Positions 28,231-40,755 of a stretch of DNA of 64,000 bases are shown here, piece after piece. Position 1 is the first letter of the stretch, and every line of letters begins with the position of its first letter. The DNA lies in contig NC_043004.1 of the NCBI RefSeq assembly GCF_006345805.1, forward strand, positions 38,874,001 through 38,938,000. Reading direction: 5' to 3'. Source of the stretch: Octopus sinensis (Eukaryota). The notes under the pieces were generated by a model, which saw only the letters and a program-made list of their open reading frames with translations, did no database searches and was not told where the DNA came from. The position numbers and the translations under genes are program-made.

Positions 28231-28316
28231 TTCATTCTACACGTGTTTCGAAAGGCACAATTACCAAAATCCGATTGAATAATGGGACCATATTGTGTCT
28301 TTCTCTTCAGGAAGAA
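28231..28316 (-). ncRNA. Type I hammerhead ribozyme with long stem II (left arm)
   Basis: Mirror copy of the 28565-28651 motif; CUGAAGA starts at 28310 on the minus strand. Confidence 0.75.
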
Positions 28317-28564
28317 AAAAGGAAATCCTTTGGAAAACAAAAACAGAACAGAGGCAGAGCAAAAAACAAATCGAACTGTGCTCCTAAGAGCCCATGGCGA
28401 AACTGTTTATCAGTGTATGTTGAGAACCGGTGGCTGAAGAATTCAACCACCGGTTCTCAACATACACTGATAAACAGTTTCGCCATGGGCTCTTAGGAGC
28501 ACAGTTCGATTTTTTTTTTGCTCTGCCTCTGTTCTGTTTTTGTTTTTCCAACGGATTTCCTTTT

Positions 28565-28651
28565 TTCTTCCTGAAGAGAAAGACACAATATGGTCCCATT
28601 ATTCAATCGGATTTTGGTAATTTGTGCCTTTCGAAACACGTGTAGAATGAA
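28565..28651 (+). ncRNA. Type I hammerhead ribozyme with long stem II (right arm)
   Basis: UUCUUC-CUGAAGA(28571)-GAAAGACACAA...UUGUGCCUUUC-GAAAC-ACGU-GUA-GAAUGAA; intact core, palindromic stem III loop; predicted cut after 28644. Confidence 0.78.
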
Positions 28652-28857
28652 ATAACCGATTTCTGTTCAATCTGCGTTCAGCTCCATTTCTTCAATTCAC
28701 CATAATGTTTTAATTTCAATTATCCGCACCAACGCACGGTTGCAACGCCAGATGGTTTACCTCCAACCGTGCTGTTCACTGCCGTGATTTTTGCTACTAA
28801 GGTATCGGTTAAACTTTTGATTAATCTACTACAAGATTATTCATCTTTCTATTTCAC

Positions 28858-28898
<41 letters not shown>

Positions 28899-30048
28899 TA
28901 TAACTATATACGGAATCTAAATAGTGCCATGAATTTAATCCATATCTAGAAATACATCATACACTTGTGCCAATCCTAAAGTTGTACCAGATTACTAAGA
29001 AGGATGTGGTTGAAATACTAAATTGTAGTTTATGGTATACATTTTGATAGTTAATATCCCGCCAATACAGTTGATTGTACGTTTGCAAATAACAAATATA
29101 TCCATGTCGTTCCAACATGGCCGCAGTTTAATATCTGAATCAAGTAAAAGAGTAAAATATATTTGTAAAAATATGACAATAGAAGTAAAGGGATTGCAAA
29201 CACAACCACCAAATTGACAGCAAAATTTAACATTAACAGTTGGTTATTATTCACCAGTAGATTAATGACTTAATACTTTCATAACTAATGTTTCACAAAA
29301 TACAATTCCTTGTGCACAACATTCTCTTGTAACGTGTTTCATATAACATATCTTTTATTTATAGCTTAGTAATATAGAAATTTTTATTTCATATACTCTA
29401 TGAGTAGAATACGTTTATACTTTCTTCATTATACGTTCGAATACACTTTTAAACTGACTGACAGATACATTTTTGTTTACATTACGATATGTATGAAGCC
29501 AATAAAACATCTTATGATATAACAATGTAAAATCGTGGAAAAATTGCTGTAAATTTAATGATTTGCAGTCAATATAATGTCAATATAATATCAATATATA
29601 TCTGTGTTTCTGTTTCGAGTTTCAAGTCGTTTAAGCTTGGCTTACAGCACTACATTATTGTAAATCTCAATCAGTTACGATTATGAATTGTGTCAGATTT
29701 AAAATTACGCTAGGAGAAACAAATAAGTATAATTCATATGCCTAGAAGTATGAACATTGAGGAAGTACTGGTTTTACTAACATTCATATTCACAGAGAGC
29801 TATACCATCGTACACAACCATGGATAGAGATATAGATCGATGTGTGTGTGTGTGTGTGGCTGGGAGTTATATAGATATAAGTATATGTACAGATCAGCAT
29901 CTAAGTAATATTTAACCGCTTCAAGCTTAATGTGTTTCACAATAATACATTATCGATTGTTTTGTTAAGCTGCAAATAAACGTAATAAAGGAATATTGAT
30001 TATTCGATGTTGATATTCAATATGATAAGTTATAATAATGCACTTGTA

Positions 30049-30178
<130 letters not shown>

Positions 30179-30396
30179 AATAAAAATACATTTGTCAATG
30201 GGTAACGTGTCATATTGAATATCTATATACAATAATCAATATTTCTTTATTACGTTTATTTGCTGTATGATGAGGTAATGAATAATGTATGTCTGTAAAA
30301 CACGTAGAGCCTGATGTGATTTCGTATTGCTATTGAGACGTAAATATGCATGCGCATATACGTATGTGCGCGAGTATCTATGCGTATCGATATGGC

Positions 30397-31116
30397 TACC
30401 ATGCGTCCGGGTGTGATTGATATTGTCCTAGTAAATCTATATTGTTCAGAAGTCGCACAAGTTTGAAATTCTACCTCATACGTTCTTTTCAAATCAGAAG
30501 TAATTTCGGTTTATATGAATTTTCATTCTGGTTTAACAGAATATTGGTACTAACCATTCGTTCTTTCGTAGAACGAATCATCTGTAGCAGATGCTCGATT
30601 ACCGTCTGAAACTTCACTCTCCATCTTTCCTCTCATACCATGCGTCCGGGCGTGATTGATATTGTCCTAGTAAATCTATATTGTTCAGAAGTCGCACAAG
30701 TTTGAAATTCTACCTCATATTTTCTTTTCAAATCAGAAGTAATTTCGGTTTATATGAATTTTCATTCTGGTTTAACAGAATATTGGTACTAACCATTCGT
30801 TCTTTCGTAGAACGAATCATCTGTAGCAGATGCTCGATTACCGTCTGAAACTTCACTCTCCATCTTTCCTCTCATACCATGCATCCGGGCGTGATTGATA
30901 TTGTCCTAGTAAATCTATATTGTTCAGAAGTCGCACAAGTTTGAAATTCTACCTCATATTTTCTTTTCAAATCAGAAGTAATTTCGGTTTATATGAATTT
31001 TCATTCTGGTTTAACAGAATATTAGTACTAACCATTCGTTCTTTCGTAGAATGAATCATCTGTAGTAGATGCTCGATTACCGTCTGAAACGTCACTCCCC
31101 ATCTTTCCACTCATAC
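30397..31116. repeat. Tandem triplication, 239-bp unit
   Basis: TACCATGC.TCCGGG starts at 30397, 30636 and 30875; near-identical copies; TAC microhomology at the junctions. Confidence 0.95.
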
Positions 31117-31188
31117 AAAACCAAAAATATTAAAAATCGCCGATACATAAAAAGAAAAAAGAGCAGTTAAGGGAAATGATTTAGAAAC

Positions 31189-31770
31189 CGTTGGTCTACT
31201 GGTATCATTACGGCTAGAGAGGGAGTAGTAGGTTCCCTTGCTCACAGTATACGGACACAGATCATATGTTGTTACCCAGCTGGAATAGATGCTTTGCTGG
31301 GGCTAAGAAGTAGTAACATGATCCTACATAGGACTGCCCCTTTGCTTTGGCAAATATAATTTACTGTACAGTACTGTTACCACATATTTCTCGCTTAGAG
31401 ATTTAAAACTAGTTGTTTTTCTCTTTACGGGATCAGCGTCTGTGTGTCGCTTTAACAGCATATACTATGAGCAAGAGCGAGTGTTTGCTATTTCTAGCCG
31501 GTGATTGTCCAGGACCAACGAAAGGAAGTTACGCAGGAACCACTGGTCTACTGGTATCGTTATGGCTAGAAAGGGAGTAGTAGGTTCCCTTGCTCACTGT
31601 ATACGGACACAGATCCTGTGTCGGTAGTCAGCTGGAAAATATGTTTTCTGGGACTAAAACGTAGTACAATGATCTTACATAGGACTAGCACGTTACGTTG
31701 GCAAATGGACTTTACTAAAAACAGTTAAATTTTCGGTAAATAGAAGTTTCGCTAAAGAAATCAAACTGTC
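31189..31770. repeat. Fold-back or MITE-like unit (31189-31520) with imperfect terminal inverted repeats, plus a partial tandem copy (31538-31770)
   Basis: CGTTGGTCTACTGG...CGGCTAGA...TTGCTCACAGTATA at the left end; inverted TATACTATGAGCAA...TCTAGCCG...CCAGGACCAACG at the right end; direct copy about 352 bp downstream. Confidence 0.55.
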
Positions 31771-33261
31771 CCTGTAGTCACATGAATTCTGTTTTGGAAT
31801 TCCAGGATTAGTTGTTCACTTTACTACAAAAGTATCTCATTAAATCCTGTTTTGAGTAGAGCGCACACGGTACTGCTTAAATCCAACCGAAACATCTCTC
31901 ACTCACATTCGCTCTAGTTTCGTCTGTTATTTTTTGTCTTTAATCGTTCACTAAGATAAGATTACCATACAAAATCCCGTTCTTTTTCATACCTAAATCA
32001 AGTTCTCCTATTCCCACACTTGTATTTTCACGCATATTCATTTATGGAAAGATGCGTTTTATATCATGTCTATATACGCAGTAGTATTTGCTCCTGTACA
32101 CATAGAAATTCTATCATGTCTAATGTAAGTTTACTCTACTGTACTCAGCGGAGAAATGAAAGAGGAACGCCGATACGTGTCAGAGTCCTTCTTACTCGAC
32201 TATATCACAGCAACTACTCTATTTCTCTCTCTCTTTCTCTCTCTCTCTCCGTCTCACTCTCACACTCTCTATCAAACCACTTGCGGAACATTCTAACATT
32301 TGCGGAACATTCTACCTAACGCTCTTTCATTCTGCTCAGACTGCATTGCCGTTCTTCGACATCTCATCTTCAAGAATATATACCTCCTTTCCACACGTTC
32401 TCACCTCCTCGATTCTGGTCATTAACCACATGCTATGTGGGGAAACTACCACATCATATCGTCTTTTAACGCTTTCCTTCTTTGATCGCTGAAGTAGGCT
32501 TGAGCACACGAATGGGAATTATATTTCACACTTTTAATTCTTGAGCATGAAACTAATGAGTATATTTTTCATTGTTATTATTTTCTAGCCATCAAATTTT
32601 CCTCAAATATACCTACACGTATAGATGCACACACACACACACACACACACGCACAAACACACACACGCACACACACACACACATACACACATACTATACG
32701 TATTCAGGCACATAAGAGAAGGCTCTGCGTAACTATCTGGATGAGGTGTCCTCATGGAGTTAAAAAAGGCAGTATCTTCTGTTTAGATTGCGATAGATAT
32801 TACTTCTTAGTATAGATACTTTTTTTTCTGTCCCTTATAGGAGATTTTCTGCATGCGTTAGTTTGCTTGTTGCAAGATCACTGACTGTAATGTCACTAAT
32901 TTTCTACATATTGCAAGCTGGGGTGGACTAACGCTCTGTCTAGCAGACGAGAATGCATCACTAAGGATGACCAGAATTAGTACAAAACCGCACGAACTTT
33001 TGGTCTCAAAAGCAGGAATAGTTGGGAATTTTCTCTGTGCTTGCAATACATAACGAGTGCAGAGTGAACGGGGTAAGCCACGGGTGGAGGAGTATCGTTT
33101 GTTCTTGGTGAACATCCATATTTAGATGGCGATAAGCATAACTACATAGTATATTTTTCTCAGTATTTTCCGTCTTTTACAGAGATTGTCTTAACAAGCT
33201 AGTTTATATATATATATATAACAAAGTGGAGTTGTAAGGTACCGCACGAGTGGAATTATAC

Positions 33262-33640
33262 AAGAAAGAAGGTTTGAAAATGCAATTTTAAAAGAGGTTT
33301 ATTTACTTTGCCTGTTTCACTTTTTAGAGAAAGATTGTCAAAAGTAACATGTAAAAGTTTAATAATTCCTTCTGGAAACTATCTTTAACATTTTCTTGAG
33401 AATGTATATATATGTTGTAATCTTTTGTGCCCAACATTTTAATGAACTTGTTAAACTTTTTTATGGTCTTAACATGTTCTTGCTACCAAAGAATGTATAT
33501 ATGTATTGTAGCATTTTGTGACAACCAATAATTAACACAACCAAACTTTTAATGTTACTTTTGACAATATCTTTCTAAAAAGTGAAACCGGTAAAGTAAA
33601 TAAACATCTTTTCAAATTGCATTTTCAAACCTTCTTTCTT
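33262..33640. repeat. Inverted repeat (about 100-bp arms, about 180-bp spacer), PLE pseudo-LTR type
   Basis: AAGAAAGAAGGTTTGAAAATGCAATTT...AAAAGTTT versus AAACTTTT...AAATTGCATTTTCAAACCTTCTTTCTT; flanked by (TA)n. Confidence 0.9.
33555..33599 (+). ncRNA. Hammerhead-like motif with U3-A8 core (UUGACAA)
   Basis: UUACUU-UUGACAA-..CUUU(CUAA)AAAG-U-GAAAC-CG-GUA-AAGUAA; perfect 6-bp stem I but imperfect stem II base; the left-arm copy (33303-33347, minus) has its triplet mutated to GCA. Confidence 0.55.
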
Positions 33641-33645
33641 ATATG

Positions 33646-33694
<49 letters not shown>

Positions 33695-33721
33695 ATACAT
33701 ATATATGTATATATATAAGTT

Positions 33722-33816
33722 CCTTGTCTTTCCTGATGAGAAGGCGGCATAATGCACCCTTTACTCCTTCGGAATTAGGAATATGCAGTCTCCGAAACAT
33801 ATGTCGAGAATAAAGG
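33722..33816 (+). ncRNA. Type I hammerhead ribozyme, canonical core, long stem II
   Basis: CCUUGUCUUUC-CUGAUGA(33733)-GAAGGCGGCAUA...UAUGCAGUCUCC-GAAAC-AUAU-GUC-GAGAAUAAAGG; predicted cut after 33805; downstream flank homologous to 28711-28860. Confidence 0.8.
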
Positions 33817-34331
33817 CATTTTGTTAAATCGTCGTTCGACTCCATTCTTTCATTTATTTATAGTAAAAGAAACACACAAATTTCCACACGAAAGCACGTG
33901 ATCTCTGCCGTTGGCATGTAGCTTCAACCCTGTTTTCTGACGTGAATTTGCTACCCGGGTATCGGTTAACCGAATTATCCATACTAGGATAATTCATTCA
34001 ACTACTTAAATATATATATATCTGTATTATGGCGGTATGTATATGGGTGTGTGCATGTGAGTGCGTGTTTATGTGTGTGTGTGTGGGGGGGGTGTTTGTG
34101 TACTTATGTCGGTATGTATATAAAGAAACATTTATCAAATAGAATATGAATTTAATACAGCCCGAAGAGATGTGCTTGTAAATGTATAACCAAACGTTTG
34201 TGACTTCAATGATAAATATTTAAAATATTGCCAAAAGGCACCCCTATACACACATATCTATGTATAATATACGTACAGACACACACACACACATATATGT
34301 ATATACATATATACACACACATATACATATT

Positions 34332-34380
<49 letters not shown>

Positions 34381-34959
34381 ATGTGTGTATGTATGTATGT
34401 ATGCATGTATGTATGTGTGTATGTATGTATGTGTGTATGCATATATGTATGTATGCCTGTGTATGTCTGTATCAAATATATTTATTCATTTCCGATCTCG
34501 CTATGGATATTTCGTCCATGAATATTACTTCCCCGATATATTTTAATTTTCTTTCACTATAATCTGAACAAATTTTTAAAATTTATTTCCATTTAATCAA
34601 TAAAAAAACCATAAGTTACTTCACAATATATTCCTAAATATAAATATATGTTTCTACGTACTTTTACGCATAAATAAATATATATATATTCATAAAATAT
34701 ATGTAAAACATATATGGGTTCATTATGTGTGTATGTGTGTGTATGTGCATGTGTGTATGATATTATAAATTATACTTATATACAGAGAAGGGAAATGGCA
34801 CTTTCGTTTAACTGTTCTACGGTGAGTGTAACAAATGCAGAACTGTTCTCGTATGTGTATATATATTTATATGAATTATGGATGCTTTATAAGTTACTGA
34901 TGTAACCCTTTGATTTCTTTTCCCGCAGATCCTCCGACTTGAATATGCTAAACTGGATG

Positions 34960-35940
34960 CAGTCTCTTATCTTGAAAGAAGTCAAATTGTCGAAGCATGG
35001 ATGTTTGGAAATTCAATCACAGAAACTATTGAATAGTTTAATATTTCCGGAGATAAATTATCTAAAATCAGGTATTCCAAAAGCAAGATAGCATAAACTC
35101 TAGCAAACAATTCTCGACAAAAAGCAAAGCTCAATGGGAGAGGGCGCCGTATATTGAAACATATTATGTCTAAACACCATCGAGAAATAGCAGAAAGAGT
35201 GACTGCAAAGCTAAGCTATCACATCCCCAACTCAATGTGAACCAAGTGGTTCGTCATGCGCACCATATCACTTACAATCGAGCGTCTACAAATGATAAAA
35301 TTTGTCTCGCATCGAGTTTGAAGAGGCTGTCTACACAATATGGTTGATAAATGGTTCAGTAGAATTATATCAACTTTTCATGGTTCATCATTCTTGTTTT
35401 AGCCCACTTTGGGTCCCGAATATGCCTGGAGAGATACCAGGCCCTAATTGTTTGATTCCTGTAGTGTAGCATGGAGGTGGATCTGCGCTGATTTTAGCAC
35501 CCATGTCGCGGACTGTTCTTTTATTTGTTATATGTAGTAGATTTAACAATATTGATAATAATATAATTTGGCTGTTAATACCCATCGAATTGTACATACA
35601 TTGTTCCCTAACGGTAGAGCAGTATATCAGGGAGATTGGTAATGCTAATGTTATTCAAAATTGGTACTTAATACGCTTCCATAGAACATTTGGATCGGTT
35701 GTCACAATCACCCGCTCATAATGTAATCGAACATTAATTATGCATTTTAGACTAGCAAATTAAGAGCCATTGTTACACTAAAAGTGCTAAAGCAGTGTTT
35801 ACCGCAGTAAGCGTGCAGAATCAGTACGAGTAAATTCGATAACGTATTATAGATATGATTGATACCTAAGCAAGACACACTCTGAATGAAATTTAAAAAA
35901 TTCTATTTGACGAGGTGTTCTATTATTTCGTTCAAACCAT
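34960..35940 (+). pseudogene. Decayed Tc1-family transposase
   Basis: Ordered remnants SYLERSQIVEAW (N-terminal HTH), CLIPVV*HGGGSALI (TVKHGGGSVMVW motif) and QSPAHNVIEH (QSPDLNPIE motif); TIRs not resolved. Confidence 0.7.
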
Positions 35941-36882
35941 ATAAATGTAAATATATACGTGTGTGTGTGCGCGCGATGCGTAGGTGTTTGTGCACACACA
36001 CACACACATACATGCTTGGGGTGATAAAGAAAATATCAACAATTACAATTTTAATATAAAATGCTTCAAAAAATATTCGTGCGAAAGCAAACAGTGGATC
36101 ATAATATATTTTCAGAATAATATTCCTAGCAACTATCTAATCTATGTGAAGTAACTGGCTATTTTAATCATAATTAAAATACATTATACGTGTTGGTTAG
36201 AAAGGGAGTGACTTACGGGAGATGCTAGTGGAGCCGAATCAGCAACTATAATCGCATTTAAATGAGATTATATCTACTTTCTGTTCTGATTTAGACAACG
36301 TTTGTATTACATAGACTGAACAGCGCTTGCCAACTGGTTCAATGATTGCGTCCATAATAGCTTCATTGCTCGCGACCATTTTGTCACTTAAATTCAAGAT
36401 TTATCTATCACATCTAGTGTTGTGTTAAATTTACTGTGTAGTATTAATGTTACTGTATTAATGTTACTGTTGTGTTAAATTTACTGTGTAGTATTAATGT
36501 TACCCGTGCAGAAAAAAATGTTATAATCAACTGTATGAAAATGTGATTTTGTTTCGTTTTCAATTTGAAATCAATAAGCTTCACTATTATTGTGTTATTT
36601 AATTACTTTAGTGAGATGCAAAGATACTAGTTTTTATTAATTTTGAATCCGTCTTTCCAATTATACAATTGTGCAACATTTTAGCTTGTGAAAACATCTT
36701 GAGATAGTATAAATATTATTCTGTGGACCTAGCTATATTTTTCTATCAACATTTTATAAAACGCTTTTTTTTCCCCCACAATCGATATATATATATACAT
36801 TAATCAGAGACAACACACACACATATATATGAAAAGATAGCGCATAAAATATGTTGAAGATTACAGTGATACAATGTTGATG

Positions 36883-37006
36883 AGAAGAAGAAGAAGAAGA
36901 AGAAGAAGAAGAAGAAGAAGAAGAAGAAGAGAAGAAGAAGAAGAAGAAGAGAAGAAGAAGAAGAAGAAGAAGAAGAAGAAGAAGAAGAAGAAGAAGAAGA
37001 AGAAGA
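36883..37006. repeat. (GAA)n microsatellite
   Basis: Direct inspection. Confidence 0.95.
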
Positions 37007-37517
37007 ATTTCAAAAGTATAGAAAGGAAGCAAGAAAAGGCAAAATGATGAAAATAACGAAAGGAAAAAGAAGTCGCCAATAAAAAAAAAGAAAGAAACGG
37101 AAATAAGTTGCAGAAAAAAATACTGGAATAAGAAAAAAGAAACCAAACCAGAAAGAAGTGTTGAGGGTGATGGAAAAATTAAAAGACCAATTATACTGTA
37201 TAAATAAGAGGTATTATCACTTTTTCTTCCCCACAATGTATGCCAACAATTTTAATGGAAATCGAAAGGAAAATACGATAAACGTTTTAGTTGTTACAAA
37301 AAACATGACTGTTTTTAATTTTGACAAATCTTTAGATATTTATATTCTCTACAAGACATCATTTTTTAAATTTGGAAACAAGTTTTTACGAGAATATTAT
37401 ATCTCAGAATACGCCTCGAGCTATGTACTAAATATATTTGCTAATTTTATGATCATATTTCCGAATTATATTTAGAAAATGATATCCCGTATATCTATCT
37501 ACCTCCCTTTCTATAAG

Positions 37518-37830
37518 ACGCATGGCTCAGCGCCTTATAATCTGGTTCACAATCATAACGTAGTGAGTTTGATTCCTGGACCGAGCTGTGTGTTGTGTTC
37601 TTGAGTAAGACACTTTATTTCACGTTGCTCCATTAACTCAGCTGTAGAAATGAGTTGCGATGTTATTGGTGTCAAACTGTATTAGATTTTGCCTTGGTTA
37701 TCATCGGTGGCGCGGAGAGAGGAGACCGGCATGCATAGACGATTACTGCTCTGTCCTTGTCCGCACTTGTGCCTCGGAGGGAAACATTTTAAGTGCTATA
37801 CCATGCTCATTCACGACCGTAGAGGATCTT
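37518..37830 (+). mobile_element. tRNA-derived SINE (family S2)
   Basis: ACGCATGGCTCAG head, B-box-like GAGTTTGATTCC, body shared with 17631. Confidence 0.8.
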
Positions 37831-38683
37831 TACTCATCCCATCTAAAGATGATATAAAATATATATGCCTGTGTGTGTGTGTGTTTCTGTGTGGATGGTT
37901 GTGAAGAGAGATGGGGAATGAGAGAAGGAGAGAGAGAGAGAGAGTAAGAGAGAGAGAATCCACAAGATCCAAAAATGCTCAGTATAGAAAACATGTAGTG
38001 GTGTTCAAATGATTTGAACATACACTCCGAAGTCGTAATCGGGGAATAGGATTGCTGGTTAAAGACTGACTATAAGATGAACTGTTTTGGAGATAATGAT
38101 GCAAATAATCAAGCAAACACGCTTAGATTTGATATATAAAATATACATGCATACATACGTGTGAATGTATATATAGGGATTTATATAAAGAGACACAAAT
38201 GCAGGAAATATTCAAATGAACATTCATATATAGATATATAAATATTTATATAGTTGCAGACCAGAGTGACATGGAGTACAAAAAATACAGAAAACTAAGG
38301 GAAAGGGCTTGGCATTCTGGGTCCGATACTTGTTTCTGTGGTTCAGAATTACTCAATGGTTTTTAATGTTTGCAGAAGGAATGTACAAAATGTCAAGGAC
38401 ATGCAAGCAGTAGTGGGTGTATATAAACATTACCGTAAATCCGTCTTGTCTTAATCTCTCCACGCGGAAGTCGGAAGCTAGGTATACGACAGTCTGTTCT
38501 ATCAATGATCACGTGATATATGTATGAACGTATATATATATATATATATATACATATATATGAATACGCATCTATCTAACTCTCTATCTATCGATGTATC
38601 TATCTATTTACATATCTAGCCATCTATACATCTATCACACATCTCTCTCTCTCTTCTTCTCTCTCTCTCTCTCTCTCTCTCTG

Positions 38684-38961
<278 letters not shown>

Positions 38962-38962
38962 C

Positions 38963-39285
38963 ATGATGGCTGCTCCCTCGTTATCGAGTATGGCCATTGC
39001 ACGTAGCTTAACTGTTATTGGTGCTGTGATCGAATGTGACTTTTTAGCCCAGCTAAACATATACAATGTCTTGTACAGAATTGGCAACTAAAACCTTTAC
39101 CGGTAATAGCCAGCTCTAGTTTTAACTGGGCTTCATGTACCTTTGCATGTTGTTTAAGTTCTCCTGCCGAATTACATTCTCTTCCACATGCCCGACATAT
39201 ATGATTAGTATGGTATGTTACACCACCACCAGTGGCCAGATTATCACTCATCTGCCTCGCTTTATGACTACAAGTCTAGCTTTAC
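38963..39285 (-). mobile_element. RTE-clade LINE 3' end with C-terminal zinc fingers
   Basis: HICRACGRECNSAGELKQHAKVH...[24 protein letters not shown], matching the RTE ORF2 C-terminal C..C...GL.SH.R pattern, then a short 3' UTR. Confidence 0.7.
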
Positions 39286-39287
39286 AA

Positions 39288-39328
<41 letters not shown>

Positions 39329-39330
<2 letters not shown>

Positions 39331-39593
39331 AAAGGAAATGAAGAAAATGCTGACAAAATAATTTAAGTAATTTAAGTAATTTAATTAGGTGAAAGTTCTT
39401 TTTACCGGTTGCGCATTTGTTATGCTTATCAAAAGATGTTTTTTTAAGAGAGATAGAGTTCCTTTCTGATAGAAAAAAAACCATCTGTTGATAAGCATAA
39501 CAAATGCGCAACCGGTAAAAAGAACTTTCACCTAATTAAATTACTTAAATTACTTAAATTATTTTGTCAGCATTTTTTTCATTTCTTTTTTTA
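39329..39593. repeat. Near-perfect inverted repeat (about 117-bp arms, about 27-bp spacer), PLE pseudo-LTR type
   Basis: AAATGAAGAAAATGCTGACAAAATAAT...GCTTATCAA versus TTGATAAGC...ATTATTTTGTCAGCATTTT; flanked by AT repeats. Confidence 0.93.
39483..39523 (+). ncRNA. Hammerhead-like motif with UUGAUAA core and GCAA in place of GAAA; mirror copy at 39398-39437 (minus)
   Basis: UUGAUAA(39488)-GCAU(AACAA)AUGC-GCAAC-CG-GUA; weak stem I. Confidence 0.5.
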
Positions 39594-40047
39594 TATCACA
39601 ACTCGTGTTCCACACCTCCTTTTTTAAATATATATATATATATATAAATATATATATTATACTTCAAGTACAGAACATTACCAGGGAGTGATAGATACGT
39701 AGACACACGAGCGATAAGTACAGGACAAATTTCCCAAAAATATACAATAAGAAAAGGATATCACCAACGAGTGAAAAATACGTAAACAAATAATGAGAGG
39801 CAAGTACGGGACAAACTACCTAAAGAAGTCTAATCACTCCTCAGTTGTCGACTGTTAATTATTCCCTATTTCGAACCTTCAACGACATAGCCTCAGCCGA
39901 CCGAAGCCTTGCGAGAGGATCTGGTAGAGGGAAACTGAAAGAAGCCCATCGGATATATATTTATATATGTAAATATATATGTATATATAAAAATTAAATT
40001 AGAGATAAGCTTCTTACCAGACAGCCATGCTTGCGCCTAAATTTATT

Positions 40048-40103
<56 letters not shown>

Positions 40104-40257
40104 ATATATATATATATCTTTTATATATGCGTTTGCGTATGAGTAGGTCAACGTGTCAGAAATAGATTTAAGTATTTAAATATTTAATCCTAAATTTAAT
40201 TTTTTCCTGTAAGTTTGGATATACTCCCCAATATTATTATTGTATGTATATATACAT

Positions 40258-40534
40258 ACTATAAGCCGAGGCTACAATAGAAGACACTTGCCTATAGTGC
40301 TACGCAGTGGTACTGAACCCGGAACCATGTGGTTGGGAAGCAAGCGTCTTACCATACAGCCAATCCTGCACTTAAAATATATATGTATATATTTGTGTGT
40401 CTATGTTTTTCCAACCCACCATCGCTTGACAACCAATGTTGGTGCGTTTACGCCTCCACAACTTAGCGGGTCGATTTGTACGACTAAAGGCAGTGCTCCA
40501 GCATAGCCACAGTCAATGCCTGAAACAATTAAAA

Positions 40535-40598
<64 letters not shown>

Positions 40599-40755
40599 GT
40601 TGGGCATCATTCGGCCTCCATCTACGAAATCCACTCAATTCTATCGCTTCAGACCAAGGTCATAGTAGAAGACAGTTTCCCATGATGCAACGTGATGGTA
40701 TTGAACCCGAAACCGTGTGGCTGGAAAGCAAGCTTATTACCAGACGGCCATGCTT
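40258..40755 (-). mobile_element. Cluster of SINE family S3 fragments (40258-40370 minus, 40410-40535 plus, 40600-40755 minus)
   Basis: Homologous to 56757-57175 (GAACCCGGAACCATGTGGTTGG, AGAAGACACTTGCC, CATCGCTTGACAACC). Confidence 0.75.

Larger units (their letters stand above)
28170..28711. repeat. Long near-perfect palindrome (about 270-bp arms, 3-nt loop), inverted PLE pseudo-LTR
   Basis: 28170-28438 is the reverse complement of 28442-28711 with few differences; centre GGTGGCTGAA-GAA-TTCAACCACC. Confidence 0.95.

Noticed and set aside
28383-28410. Second hammerhead-like string CCTAAGA-GCC(CAT)GGC-GAAAC inside the palindrome arm
   Set aside because: The core lacks U4-G5 and there is no stem I; probably coincidental.
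29051-29254. Hydrophobic ORF resembling GPCR TM5 (VVFAIPLLLLSYFY)
   Set aside because: No other TM segments or splice sites; part of the ORF is a SINE tail (29110-29155); T-rich DNA gives such peptides by chance.
30397-31116. CRISPR array or hammerhead retrozyme interpretation of the 239-bp repeats
   Set aside because: There are no unique spacers, the context is eukaryotic, and no CUGANGA...GAAA core with paired stems exists on either strand.
39015-39251. Host C2H2 zinc-finger gene
   Set aside because: No TGEKP linkers; the pattern and short 3' UTR match an RTE LINE C-terminus.
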